The notes beneath the pieces were generated by a model. It searched no databases. It was not told the origin of the DNA and was given only the letters and a program-made list of their open reading frames with translations. From positions 9,199 through 73,198 of the forward strand of contig JAKLFP010000003.1 of assembly GCA_022711115.1 (NCBI GenBank): a stretch of DNA of 64,000 nt, read 5' to 3'. This DNA comes from Candidatus Omnitrophota bacterium. Its GTDB lineage: Bacteria; Omnitrophota; Omnitrophia; Omnitrophales; Aquincolibacteriaceae. Shown here piece after piece: positions 10,042 through 18,485 of the stretch (positions are counted from its first letter, which is position 1; each line of letters starts with the position of its first letter). Both the position numbers and the translations under genes were made by a program.

Positions 10042-10880
10042 TCTTTCTTTTGCCTCACTGAGATATCACGCACGTTTTGAAACTGGCGGATGGTTTTTTG
10101 ATCCAAATGATACAGACTATCGAATAATTTTCCCTTGAAAGCCGCGGGACCGGCAGCTTTTTTCGCGGCACATTCCGCGGCAATTTCAAAACATATCAAA
10201 CCGGAAACTGCCGCCAAGACGAGGTTCTTTTCAACGGCCGCAAAGGTCCCGATCACGGACGCAGCCATACAACCGGTCCCCACGACATCGGCCATCAAGG
10301 AATGCCCGTTGCGGATCAAGTAAGTTTTATGCCCGTCTGTCACGATATCTTCCTTACCCGTCACAACGACGATGCATTTTTTTTGTTTCGCGAAGCGTCC
10401 GGCAAGTACAGCCATATTTTTTTTGACAGAAGCCGCATCCACCCCCTGGGTCCTGACATTTTCCCCAGCCATCCTGGCAATTTCCGAGGTATTCCCCTTG
10501 AGGATATCAATGGTCACTTCGTTTAAAAGTTCCCGGCATTTTTGATCGCGCAGTTTTGTCGCACCAGCACCGCAAACATCCAAGACCACCGGGATGTGCC
10601 TTTGGTTAGCCTCTCGGGCCGCGATTTTCATCGCCTCCACAAATTCCACGGTCAACGTCCCGATATTCAGCACCAGCGCGGAAGCGAGCCCCGCCATCTC
10701 GGCCGCCTCCTCCTTGGCATGCGCCATCACGGGCGATGCCCCGAGCGTTTTGACGATCTGCGCGCAATCATAGATCGTTACCCAGTTCGTTAAATGATGA
10801 ATGACGGGTTTTTGTTTTCGAATTTGATTTAATAGTTTCGCTGCCTGGATTTTAGCCTTCATAAAATATTTTCTAAGCAT
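10038..10880 (-). CDS. thiM: hydroxyethylthiazole kinase
   Basis: Shows the ThiM hallmarks GASPVMAHAKEEAAEMA, ALVLNIGTL, LDVCGAGAT, NGHSLMADVVGTGC. Confidence 0.8.
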   Translation of the reverse strand: MLRKYFMKAKIQAAKLLNQIRKQKPVIHHLTNWVTIYDCAQIVKTLGASPVMAHAKEEAAEMAGLASALVLNIGTLTVEFVEAMKIAAREANQRHIPVVLDVCGAGATKLRDQKCRELLNEVTIDILKGNTSEIARMAGENVRTQGVDAASVKKNMAVLAGRFAKQKKCIVVVTGKEDIVTDGHKTYLIRNGHSLMADVVGTGCMAASVIGTFAAVEKNLVLAAVSGLICFEIAAECAAKKAAGPAAFKGKLFDSLYHLDQKTIRQFQNVRDISVRQKKE

Positions 10881-10962
10881 TTCGGTTTTTGAGAACCCTC
10901 TTGACCGAAAAATAGGCTTCCGTTTTTCACCGCTCGAGATTCCCGTGCGAGATCCATGTCAT

Positions 10963-11286
10963 TTACTTTTCTTCAGCTTTCGTGATCGCAATGGCACGAG
11001 CCATCTCCGTCAATTTCGCTTCAAGATCGCGAAGTTTTGACCAAAGTAACAGACAAAAAAAAGTCAGTCCCAAAAGCCCAAAGTAAGAAACCAAATCCGT
11101 ACCGCGTCCCACGCCAAGGTCATTCGCCAGTTTGCTTGTCCAATCAGGCCTCAAGATCATGACGATCCCGAAAACCCCAACGGCTAAAATCAGCAACCGG
11201 TCCAAAAGAAGCGTCCGGAAACGGCGCAAATAAACGATGACCACAAAAGCAATCGCGGGAATCAAAAGAAATTGAATCAGCCTCAT
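10963..11286 (-). CDS. DUF2304-family small membrane protein (GT2-associated)
   Basis: 107 aa with two TM helices, a central DRLLILAVGVFGIVMILRP segment and a charged C-terminal tail. It is coupled by a 4-nt overlap to the upstream GT2 gene. Confidence 0.5.
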   Translation of the reverse strand: MRLIQFLLIPAIAFVVIVYLRRFRTLLLDRLLILAVGVFGIVMILRPDWTSKLANDLGVGRGTDLVSYFGLLGLTFFCLLLWSKLRDLEAKLTEMARAIAITKAEEK

Positions 11287-12038
11287 TTAAATACCCTCCT
11301 TAGTAAAAGATCGATAAGAATGTTAACAGCATTCCACACAGACTGCCCTTTTGCCCGTGAATATTGTGAATAATGAATCCGGACAGGTTTTTCGACATAG
11401 CTCAATTTTTGCCTCCGGATCTGATTGATGATCTCCGTCGCATGGGCATAGCTGTTTTCGTGAAGAAATATTTTCTCGGCCGCGTCGCGCGAAAGCACGC
11501 GCAGACCGTTATGCGCGTCCGTAAGCCAGAGACCGGTCATGATCCCATTGACTATGATGGCCATCTTCAGAAGGACGCGCTTTAAAAAAGGAACGGCATT
11601 TTTGTCGTCGCGGTTGATAAACCGGGATCCCAAGGCAACCTTCGCTTCTCCTTTGATCACAGGCTCCAAAAGAACGGCCACATCTTTAAGCCGGTGCTGG
11701 CCGTCCGCGTCAAAAGTCACGATCACTTTCGCGCCTTTTGATAGCGCAAAGGTCATGCCGGTTTGCAATGCGGCTCCCTGCCCAAGATTGATCGGATGAC
11801 GCAGCGCATAGAGCGGCATTTTTTTGATGATATCCCAGGAGCCATCCCAGGAACCATCATCCACCACCACGACGGAATAGCCCTCTTTGAGCACAGGCCT
11901 AAGCGTTGAGTCCAGCACCGTGCCTTCATTGTAAGCGGGAACAATGAAGAAAATATCTTTTTTTTCACAATCCATCATGATGAGATAGGACCTTTCGGGC
12001 TTTGAAAGTATATTCTCACACCTCAAGGCAGGATTCAA
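11283..12038 (-). CDS. family 2 glycosyltransferase (polyprenyl-phosphate sugar transferase-like)
   Basis: FIVPAYNEG, VVVVDDGSWDGS and a DxD-type region. The true start is probably MMDCEKK. Confidence 0.7.
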   Translation of the reverse strand: MNPALRCENILSKPERSYLIMMDCEKKDIFFIVPAYNEGTVLDSTLRPVLKEGYSVVVVDDGSWDGSWDIIKKMPLYALRHPINLGQGAALQTGMTFALSKGAKVIVTFDADGQHRLKDVAVLLEPVIKGEAKVALGSRFINRDDKNAVPFLKRVLLKMAIIVNGIMTGLWLTDAHNGLRVLSRDAAEKIFLHENSYAHATEIINQIRRQKLSYVEKPVRIHYSQYSRAKGQSVWNAVNILIDLLLRRVFK

Positions 12039-12117
12039 GTAACGGAGTAAAATGGCGTATCTTTACAAGGCATTCTATGAAATGATAAGATCAAAATAAT
12101 CGAAAGGCTATTTCATC

Positions 12118-13158
12118 ATGACTCCGGGTCTTGTTTCAACGATTGTGCTCAATTGGAACGGAAAAGATATTATCTTTCCCTGTCTGAACAGTCTTTGCAA
12201 ACAGACCTACCCTTATCATGAAATTATCTTAGTGGATAATGCCTCAACGGACGGTTCTGTCGAACTGATCGAAAAGGAATACGGGCATGTCGTCACCATC
12301 GTTCGCAATCCCAAAAACCTCGGTTTTGCCGAAGGCGTCAATACCGGCATCCGAAACAGCCGTGGCGAATTCATCGCTTTGCTCAACAGTGATGCCACCG
12401 TAAAAAACAATTGGTTAGAGCAACTTGTCCGCAAAATGCAATCCTCAGAATCCCTGGGCATGTGTGCCTGCAAAGTTTATTTGGCCGATCGTGAAGGAAT
12501 CCTGGACAACACCGGCGAACTTTTCTGCCGCGATGGACTCAACAGAACCCGCGGACGCCTGGAACCTGATACCGGACAGTATGATACCTCGGAAGATGTG
12601 CTTTGCCCGAGCGGTTGCGCTGCCCTCTACCGGCGTAAAATGTTAGAAGACGTGGGATTTTTCGATAAGCACTTCTTCGCCTACGGCGATGACATGGACA
12701 TCGGACTACGGGGACGCATGCTGGGCTATCAGGCCGCTTATGTTTCCTCTGCGATTGCCCATCATCAACTGTCCGCTTCGTCCGGTCTTGTTTCTCCTCT
12801 CAAGGCTTACTATGTCGAACGGAATCGTCTCTGGATCGCCATCCGGTGTTTCCCTCTCTATCATCTGCTCCTTTCTCCTTTTTATACCGGCCTGCGTTAT
12901 TTTTTCCATCTCAAAGGCATTTTTACGAAAAAAGGACCTGCCTCCGAATTTTCTAAAAAAAGTTCCCCGTTCCGTCTTCTTTGGATTTTGTTCAAAGTTT
13001 ATGCCGTCACCCTTTTTTATCTGCCTTATCTTCTCCGGGAAAGATTTAAAATCCAAAAATGTTCTCTTTGGAAGAAAAAGGAATTTGAGGCGTGTTTTAA
13101 AAATTACGGCATCAGCCCGCGAGAGGCTGCCCTGAACGAAGTTTTATCGGAAAAATAA
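12118..13158 (+). CDS. family 2 glycosyltransferase
   Basis: IVLNWNG, ILVDNASTDGS and a DxD region, with a C-terminal hydrophobic segment. Confidence 0.7.
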   Translation: MTPGLVSTIVLNWNGKDIIFPCLNSLCKQTYPYHEIILVDNASTDGSVELIEKEYGHVVTIVRNPKNLGFAEGVNTGIRNSRGEFIALLNSDATVKNNWLEQLVRKMQSSESLGMCACKVYLADREGILDNTGELFCRDGLNRTRGRLEPDTGQYDTSEDVLCPSGCAALYRRKMLEDVGFFDKHFFAYGDDMDIGLRGRMLGYQAAYVSSAIAHHQLSASSGLVSPLKAYYVERNRLWIAIRCFPLYHLLLSPFYTGLRYFFHLKGIFTKKGPASEFSKKSSPFRLLWILFKVYAVTLFYLPYLLRERFKIQKCSLWKKKEFEACFKNYGISPREAALNEVLSEK

Positions 13159-13235
13159 AACTGTTGCCTGCGGCATCATAAAAGGTTTTGGCCGCACGCA
13201 CCCCGCAAACGATTTCTGAAAATTTTTTTAATGAA

Positions 13236-14513
13236 CTACCGGGCATCCCTTTGAAGTGTTTGATCAAGGATGCCTTTAATTTTTGCGATGGTATCAGCCA
13301 TCACAAAATGCTGCGGAATTCTTTGACAGGCTTTTTCTCCGAGTGTCTTTAATTTTTGAGGGTCTTCCGCCAAAGCAAGCACTGCGTCCGTGATCGCCTT
13401 GCTATCCCCGGGAGGCACCAGCAATCCAACCAAGCCGTGCTCCATCACTTCCGGAATGCCTCCCACCCGAGACGCGATAGAAGGCACTTTGTAAAAAGAG
13501 GCTTCAACCCAAGTGCGCCCCATAGGCTCATAAAGAGACGGCACAAGCAAAATATCCGTGATCTGGTAAACGGAAGACGGCTCGGAAAGATAGCCCAGAA
13601 ATTTCACTACGGATTCCAGTCTATGTTTTTTAATTTCAGACATGATTTTCATTTTATAATCCGAAGTCCCACGCGCAAATTCTCCGGCCAACAGGAGTTT
13701 GGCATGCGGGTATTTCTTCAGGATCGAAGGCATGGCCTGAATAGCATACCATTGCCCTTTTCTTTCCTGGAGGCTGCCGGCCACCGTCAAAACCATATCC
13801 TTCTCCCCTACCTCATAGTGCCGTTTCATTTGCATTTTCGCTTCATCGGAAAGAACTGAGGGGGAGGAATCAATCCCGTGGTAGACAACGGATATTTTTT
13901 CCCAAGTGTCTTTTAAAAAACACTCACGGAGAAATTTCGACGGCACAATCACGGCATGGCTTAATTTTAAAATCATTGCGGCTATGTTCTTTTTGCTTAA
14001 AAAAGGAAAACCGTACTCATAGCTTCCCTTTCCAAACGCTTCCTGTATATTCCAGATATGGGGAATGTTGCATACCTTTGCGGCCAGCGGGCCTGACACG
14101 GCAACGCAAGTATTCGTGTAGACAAGATCAAATTTAAACTTCTTCATGAATCGGATGATCCAAAAAAATGTGATCAAATTAGCCGGAAGAAAAACAAGCT
14201 GGGTCCAAAAAAAGGAGGGCGCCGTCAAAAACCAAAAATAAGGAATCACATGCGTTGGTATTTTTTCGCGTTGAGCTTTTTCCGTAAGACGGCCACGTCC
14301 GGGGCATAAAAGATGCACTTCGAAGGAATTCTTGAGGGCGCACATCACCTCAAAAAGATATTGTTCAGCGCCCGCCATTTTCCATGAGTGAGAAATAAAT
14401 AATATTTTTTTCAAAAATTTTCCCTTTGGCCTTTTCGAAATACTAGGGAGTGATCGAAAGCCACCGCTGAACAGCAATGCGGCAACGTACATAAATATAA
14501 TAAAGTAAAACAA
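13236..14513 (-). CDS. family 4 glycosyltransferase (GT-B)
   Basis: ILFISHSW N-terminal Rossmann start and a C-terminal EPMGRTWVEA motif (the E-x7-E region). The listed start probably over-extends by about 25 aa, since it overlaps the upstream methyltransferase. Confidence 0.7.
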   Translation of the reverse strand: MFYFIIFMYVAALLFSGGFRSLPSISKRPKGKFLKKILFISHSWKMAGAEQYLFEVMCALKNSFEVHLLCPGRGRLTEKAQREKIPTHVIPYFWFLTAPSFFWTQLVFLPANLITFFWIIRFMKKFKFDLVYTNTCVAVSGPLAAKVCNIPHIWNIQEAFGKGSYEYGFPFLSKKNIAAMILKLSHAVIVPSKFLRECFLKDTWEKISVVYHGIDSSPSVLSDEAKMQMKRHYEVGEKDMVLTVAGSLQERKGQWYAIQAMPSILKKYPHAKLLLAGEFARGTSDYKMKIMSEIKKHRLESVVKFLGYLSEPSSVYQITDILLVPSLYEPMGRTWVEASFYKVPSIASRVGGIPEVMEHGLVGLLVPPGDSKAITDAVLALAEDPQKLKTLGEKACQRIPQHFVMADTIAKIKGILDQTLQRDAR

Positions 14514-15342
14514 TGGGATTCAAATAGACCCGCAACCGATCCCACGAATTTATGGATGATTTTTTAAGAAATTCCATGGGTTTAAATAATATCAGCGGGT
14601 GTGTGCAGAAATAGGTTAAACAGAGCCCCTGCGACAAGAAAAGAAAGGGCGTTCGCCCCGCATAGCGAAGATTCGATTTAAGGTGTGTCGGAAATTGCGG
14701 CGTCACCCCCAGAAAACATTCGGAAACGAGCGCGCAACCTTCGCTTTTCAGGAATTCGGCGATTTGATGGATGCTTTGCAAAGGATCGGGAAGGTGCTCG
14801 AGCACTTCCAAGCAGATGACCATATCAAAAAAATTTTTAGGAATATTGTCAAATTCGATAAGTATTTTTGGATATGCGCTATATTTTTTAAACCGTTTGA
14901 CCGCGAAATCAAACGTCTTGCTCCCCGGAACATCCAAATAATAAAATTCCGCTTGGTCCCCATACAGATTAAAGAGAGCGATGGTATCACTGCCGATCCC
15001 GTCGCCTAGCATTAAAACGCGTATTTTTCCGTTGAAATCTTTCAGATTTTGCAGATAGCGGGCAAATCTTTTTTGGACATTTTCAAACATCCGGCGCCGT
15101 GGCCACCGGCTGAATTCGACCGCCAAAGAAAAAATCCAGATGTCCGTTTCTTTATAGAAAGCTTCCATTTTTTCGTTGTAGACAAAAGAATCAATCTTTT
15201 GGTCCGCGGCTTCGAGGATCAAACTGTTGGGCGACCGGAACTCCTGAGCCACTTTCCGTTCCACCAGATCAGAAGGCAAACCGGTCAACTCGATAATTTC
15301 ATCAACGATTTCTTTCTGAGTCAACGGCGGGAATGACGTCAT
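14443..15342 (-). CDS. class I SAM-dependent methyltransferase
   Basis: VLMLGDGIGSD (motif I) and ICLEVLEHLPDP (motif II/post-I). Confidence 0.6.
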   Translation of the reverse strand: MTSFPPLTQKEIVDEIIELTGLPSDLVERKVAQEFRSPNSLILEAADQKIDSFVYNEKMEAFYKETDIWIFSLAVEFSRWPRRRMFENVQKRFARYLQNLKDFNGKIRVLMLGDGIGSDTIALFNLYGDQAEFYYLDVPGSKTFDFAVKRFKKYSAYPKILIEFDNIPKNFFDMVICLEVLEHLPDPLQSIHQIAEFLKSEGCALVSECFLGVTPQFPTHLKSNLRYAGRTPFLFLSQGLCLTYFCTHPLILFKPMEFLKKSSINSWDRLRVYLNPIVLLYYIYVRCRIAVQRWLSITP

Positions 15343-15414
15343 CGAGAGGGATGGCTCCCCATGGAGGCTATGAATAAAACTGAAGCGGTCGACAACATTT
15401 CCATCTTAGGCCGT

Positions 15415-15873
15415 TTAAGAAGATTTTTGGATCCAATCGCCTGAAGCGGTTTGAATAAATTCACCCGCAGATGCTTTTTCGTTTTGGACTTCGGCAAAGG
15501 CCCGCTGAACTTCACGCATCCCGTTCGGCCCCAGCGTATTTTGCTGGACTAGAGCGCGATAAATGACGCCGCGGTCGGTATTTTCTGCGGAGGCAACCGA
15601 TACGGCCAACGGATCGCTTTTCAGGTTTGTCACATAACCCTGATTATTTTCACCGATCAGTCCTGCCTGCTTTAAACGCTGCAGATTCCCGTAACGGGCC
15701 TGCCGATTCTTCAAAGCCTGGTTGATCTCAGGCGTCATTTTTTTAAAATCATATTGGGCGGCAAAACAGGGCGGAAAGGCCATCAGCATTGCCAGAAAAA
15801 ACAAACTCATCAGACCGCTCATACGTTTCATCGCTGGAACCTCCATCCATTTCACATCCGAATCCCGTTTCAT
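15415..15873 (-). CDS. YdbL-like periplasmic protein (DUF1318)
   Basis: Signal peptide, then a small conserved domain. It lies in the ydbH-ynbE-ydbL gene order. Confidence 0.5.
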   Translation of the reverse strand: MKRDSDVKWMEVPAMKRMSGLMSLFFLAMLMAFPPCFAAQYDFKKMTPEINQALKNRQARYGNLQRLKQAGLIGENNQGYVTNLKSDPLAVSVASAENTDRGVIYRALVQQNTLGPNGMREVQRAFAEVQNEKASAGEFIQTASGDWIQKSS

Positions 15874-16058
15874 TTGGCACCTCCTTGGGCGACCATGTCT
15901 TCAATATTGGTCGCTGTCTGCTTCAACCCGCGGATATCCACGACCACATTGGCATTGATCGTGATGGGGCGGTTGGGATCCCCCACGGCCTTGACGGTAC
16001 ACCCTGTCACAAGTAACAAAGCAATAAAAACATTGATCATTTTTTTCGATTTTTTCAT
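15870..16058 (-). CDS. YnbE-like lipoprotein
   Basis: 62 aa with lipobox LVTGC and sequence PNRPITINANVVVDIR. It overlaps both neighbours by 4 nt. Confidence 0.6.
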   Translation of the reverse strand: MKKSKKMINVFIALLLVTGCTVKAVGDPNRPITINANVVVDIRGLKQTATNIEDMVAQGGAK

Positions 16059-16933
16059 GACGTCTTCACCTCAATCATGCCCATGAATTGGGCGATCTGT
16101 GAAAATGCGTTTTTTTGATCCAGTCGGATCTCCACGTTCAGTGTCAATTTAAGATTATAGTCCAGAACCAGGATACGAAGGAGGATTTTCATACGGTCGC
16201 TCTGAGACAACCCCACCTGCAATGCGGCATCCTGATAACGCACCAGCTGATCTTTTTGGGAAATGAGCTTCACCACCCTCTCTTTTTGCACGGACTTCGG
16301 AAGATACGGCAGAAAAAGATTAAAAAAGCGGGCTTGAACAAGTCCGCCCGGCTGCGGGGCTTCAAGGTTCATATCAAAGACAGGCTCGTGGTTGGCTTCT
16401 TGGACAAACATCAGCCGCCCCTTCACAGCGCCCGTCGCGCCTGATAAATCCTGGGGAGCCAGCCAGCGGAAATCTTCGAGATCCGTTTCTGTAAAATCAG
16501 CCAACAGGTCAAACCTCCAAAAGCGTCCTGCCAAAAATGAAAAATGTCCGGATAGCCCGGCATGGGCAGAGCCTTGCGGGCGGGCGCCCCGGAACAAAAA
16601 CCGGACGGGCTTGTTTTTCAATAAAGATAGAAGGGAATCCTGCGATTCTACAGACTTTATTTCCAAAGGTACCGGTCCCTGACGCGCCTGAAATGCTCCG
16701 GTAATTCCGTCGAAGCGGATCTTCAAGTGACGGTCCATGCTGATTTTTTTAATACGAATGGAATCTTTGAAGAACGGCTGTATGTTTTGATTCTTGCGAA
16801 GGATGCTTTCCAACATAAAACGCCCGAGGGCAGGCCCCTGGCTGATCCCGGCCAAGATCAGGCCGGCCAAAAACAGCAGGAAGAAAAAATAAAAAAAGAT
16901 TTTATTTTTTTTCATTGAACACCGCCTCGCCAT
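16055..16933 (-). CDS. YdbH-like (AsmA-superfamily-like) membrane-anchored protein, short form
   Basis: N-terminal TM anchor. It sits first in an operon with the ynbE/ydbL homologues. At 292 aa it is far shorter than E. coli YdbH. Confidence 0.4.
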   Translation of the reverse strand: MARRCSMKKNKIFFYFFFLLFLAGLILAGISQGPALGRFMLESILRKNQNIQPFFKDSIRIKKISMDRHLKIRFDGITGAFQARQGPVPLEIKSVESQDSLLSLLKNKPVRFLFRGARPQGSAHAGLSGHFSFLAGRFWRFDLLADFTETDLEDFRWLAPQDLSGATGAVKGRLMFVQEANHEPVFDMNLEAPQPGGLVQARFFNLFLPYLPKSVQKERVVKLISQKDQLVRYQDAALQVGLSQSDRMKILLRILVLDYNLKLTLNVEIRLDQKNAFSQIAQFMGMIEVKTS

Positions 16934-17023
16934 AGAACATGCGAAGATCAGCTTTTTTTTGAAATCACTTTATAGAAAAACAGTCCCGTAGTGTTGACCT
17001 TAAAAACCGATTTTACAGCGCTG

Positions 17024-17866
17024 CTAGCAGGAGCGCCGCACAATCAGCTCCGGTGTGAATTTTTTCTGAACAGGCGGTTGGACGCTTCCTTCCATGAGAT
17101 CGATCAGGATACGTACCATCTCCGAGCCCATCTGCTCCAAGGGCTGATTGACAGTGGTCAATGATGGCTCCATTAGTTTCCCTTTCACAATCCCGTCATA
17201 ACCGATCACACCTACCTGCCCGGGACACATAATCCACGACTCTTTTAACGCTCGCATGGCTCCGATCGCAATATCATCATTAAAACACAGCATGGCCTGC
17301 GGTAAGGATTGATGGGTGTGAATGATATCCATCATTTTAAGATAGCCGTCTTCCTCAAAATAATAATCACACTTCCGGTAGTGGGCCTCATCCGCCGTCA
17401 ATCCATACTGATCCAAAAGCTCATGCCAAAGCCGGAGCCTTTCCCGGGAATCCACGGAGGCATCATCAGGCGCCTGGAGCATCCCGATCCTCTTGCGTCC
17501 GGTTTTACGCAAATGCTGCAAACTCTGTTCCACCCCGGCTCTGTTATCACTATAAACAATATTTTCTTGAAGCCCGGGCGTGAAATCATTGATCACCACC
17601 GTAGGAATATTCATGTCCTTGGCCTTTTGAAGATAGACTCGATGAATCGTCCAGGTTAAAAATAACATCCCTTGAACAGGATCCGTCTCCAACATTTGCC
17701 AAGCAAGGTCATTCCCTTCTCCGTCACGCACCATGATCGGCTTTAACTCATATTTTGACTGCCGCACCGCATCGATCATGCCGGTCATGATCCTCACAAA
17801 ATAATCCCCTTTCAGGATTTCACTCGTGAAAGAGGTTAATAACCCGATTTTTTTCTGCCGCATCAT
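17024..17866 (-). CDS. LacI/periplasmic-binding-protein-type ligand-binding domain protein lacking an HTH
   Basis: Begins directly at the KKIGLL hinge-like segment. Type-I PBP fold markers are present (CFNDDIAIGAMRAL, GVIGYDG), but there is no N-terminal HTH. Confidence 0.55.
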   Translation of the reverse strand: MMRQKKIGLLTSFTSEILKGDYFVRIMTGMIDAVRQSKYELKPIMVRDGEGNDLAWQMLETDPVQGMLFLTWTIHRVYLQKAKDMNIPTVVINDFTPGLQENIVYSDNRAGVEQSLQHLRKTGRKRIGMLQAPDDASVDSRERLRLWHELLDQYGLTADEAHYRKCDYYFEEDGYLKMMDIIHTHQSLPQAMLCFNDDIAIGAMRALKESWIMCPGQVGVIGYDGIVKGKLMEPSLTTVNQPLEQMGSEMVRILIDLMEGSVQPPVQKKFTPELIVRRSC

Positions 17867-17922
17867 TTTTCAAATTCTCCTAATCCCGAGGCGTCCGGCA
17901 CCCATTTCTCCGGAAATAACCA

Positions 17923-18354
17923 TTATGAGTTCTTGATTCTTACGGTAAAAATTTCTTTTTTGGCAGGCGCAACACCCTTTTCCCAAGGCCGCACATAATC
18001 GAAAGGTATTTTGCCTTCACCCTCCCGGAGGGCCTGGAATGTCCAGAGATCTTTTCCTCCGGCACCCACCTTCTCACCCTTATCCCGGCGATGTTTAATC
18101 TCAACGACTTTCAACAACGTTTTGTCAATCGTTTCGGAAAGTTGCCAGCCATAGCCCGTGCTCGGGTTCGCATCTAACACGATCGTAAATTCACTGCCTG
18201 AAAAAACAAGGATTTCTTTCGAAGGATCCTTGTATTCCGAAAGTTTTGCGTCTTTTCCCCATTCCGGAAAACGGATATTCGCCTTCTGGAAATAATGGAG
18301 CAACAGCATTGCCAACGCTGTTGAAATAAAAAAAATTATCAAACGTCTCTTCAT
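17923..18354 (-). CDS. chagasin-family peptidase inhibitor I42
   Basis: Signal peptide plus the NPSTGYGW (NPTTGY-type) and GxGG loop motifs. Confidence 0.65.
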   Translation of the reverse strand: MKRRLIIFFISTALAMLLLHYFQKANIRFPEWGKDAKLSEYKDPSKEILVFSGSEFTIVLDANPSTGYGWQLSETIDKTLLKVVEIKHRRDKGEKVGAGGKDLWTFQALREGEGKIPFDYVRPWEKGVAPAKKEIFTVRIKNS

Positions 18355-18485
18355 AGTTTCTATTTTATCGCTTTTCTCTCTTAAATATAAAATTTTGTTT
18401 TCCAGGGAAACAGATGAGAGATAGGAAGGTGTTGTTTTATGCCCCCAAAGGCAGGCTGCATAAACAACGCCATAAGAACTTTGAC

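Noticed and set aside
10881-10962. Expected TPP riboswitch upstream of thiM
   Set aside because: The region is only 82 nt and lacks the conserved CUGAGA and ACCUGAUCUGGAUAAUGCCAGCGUAGGGA cores. Not called.
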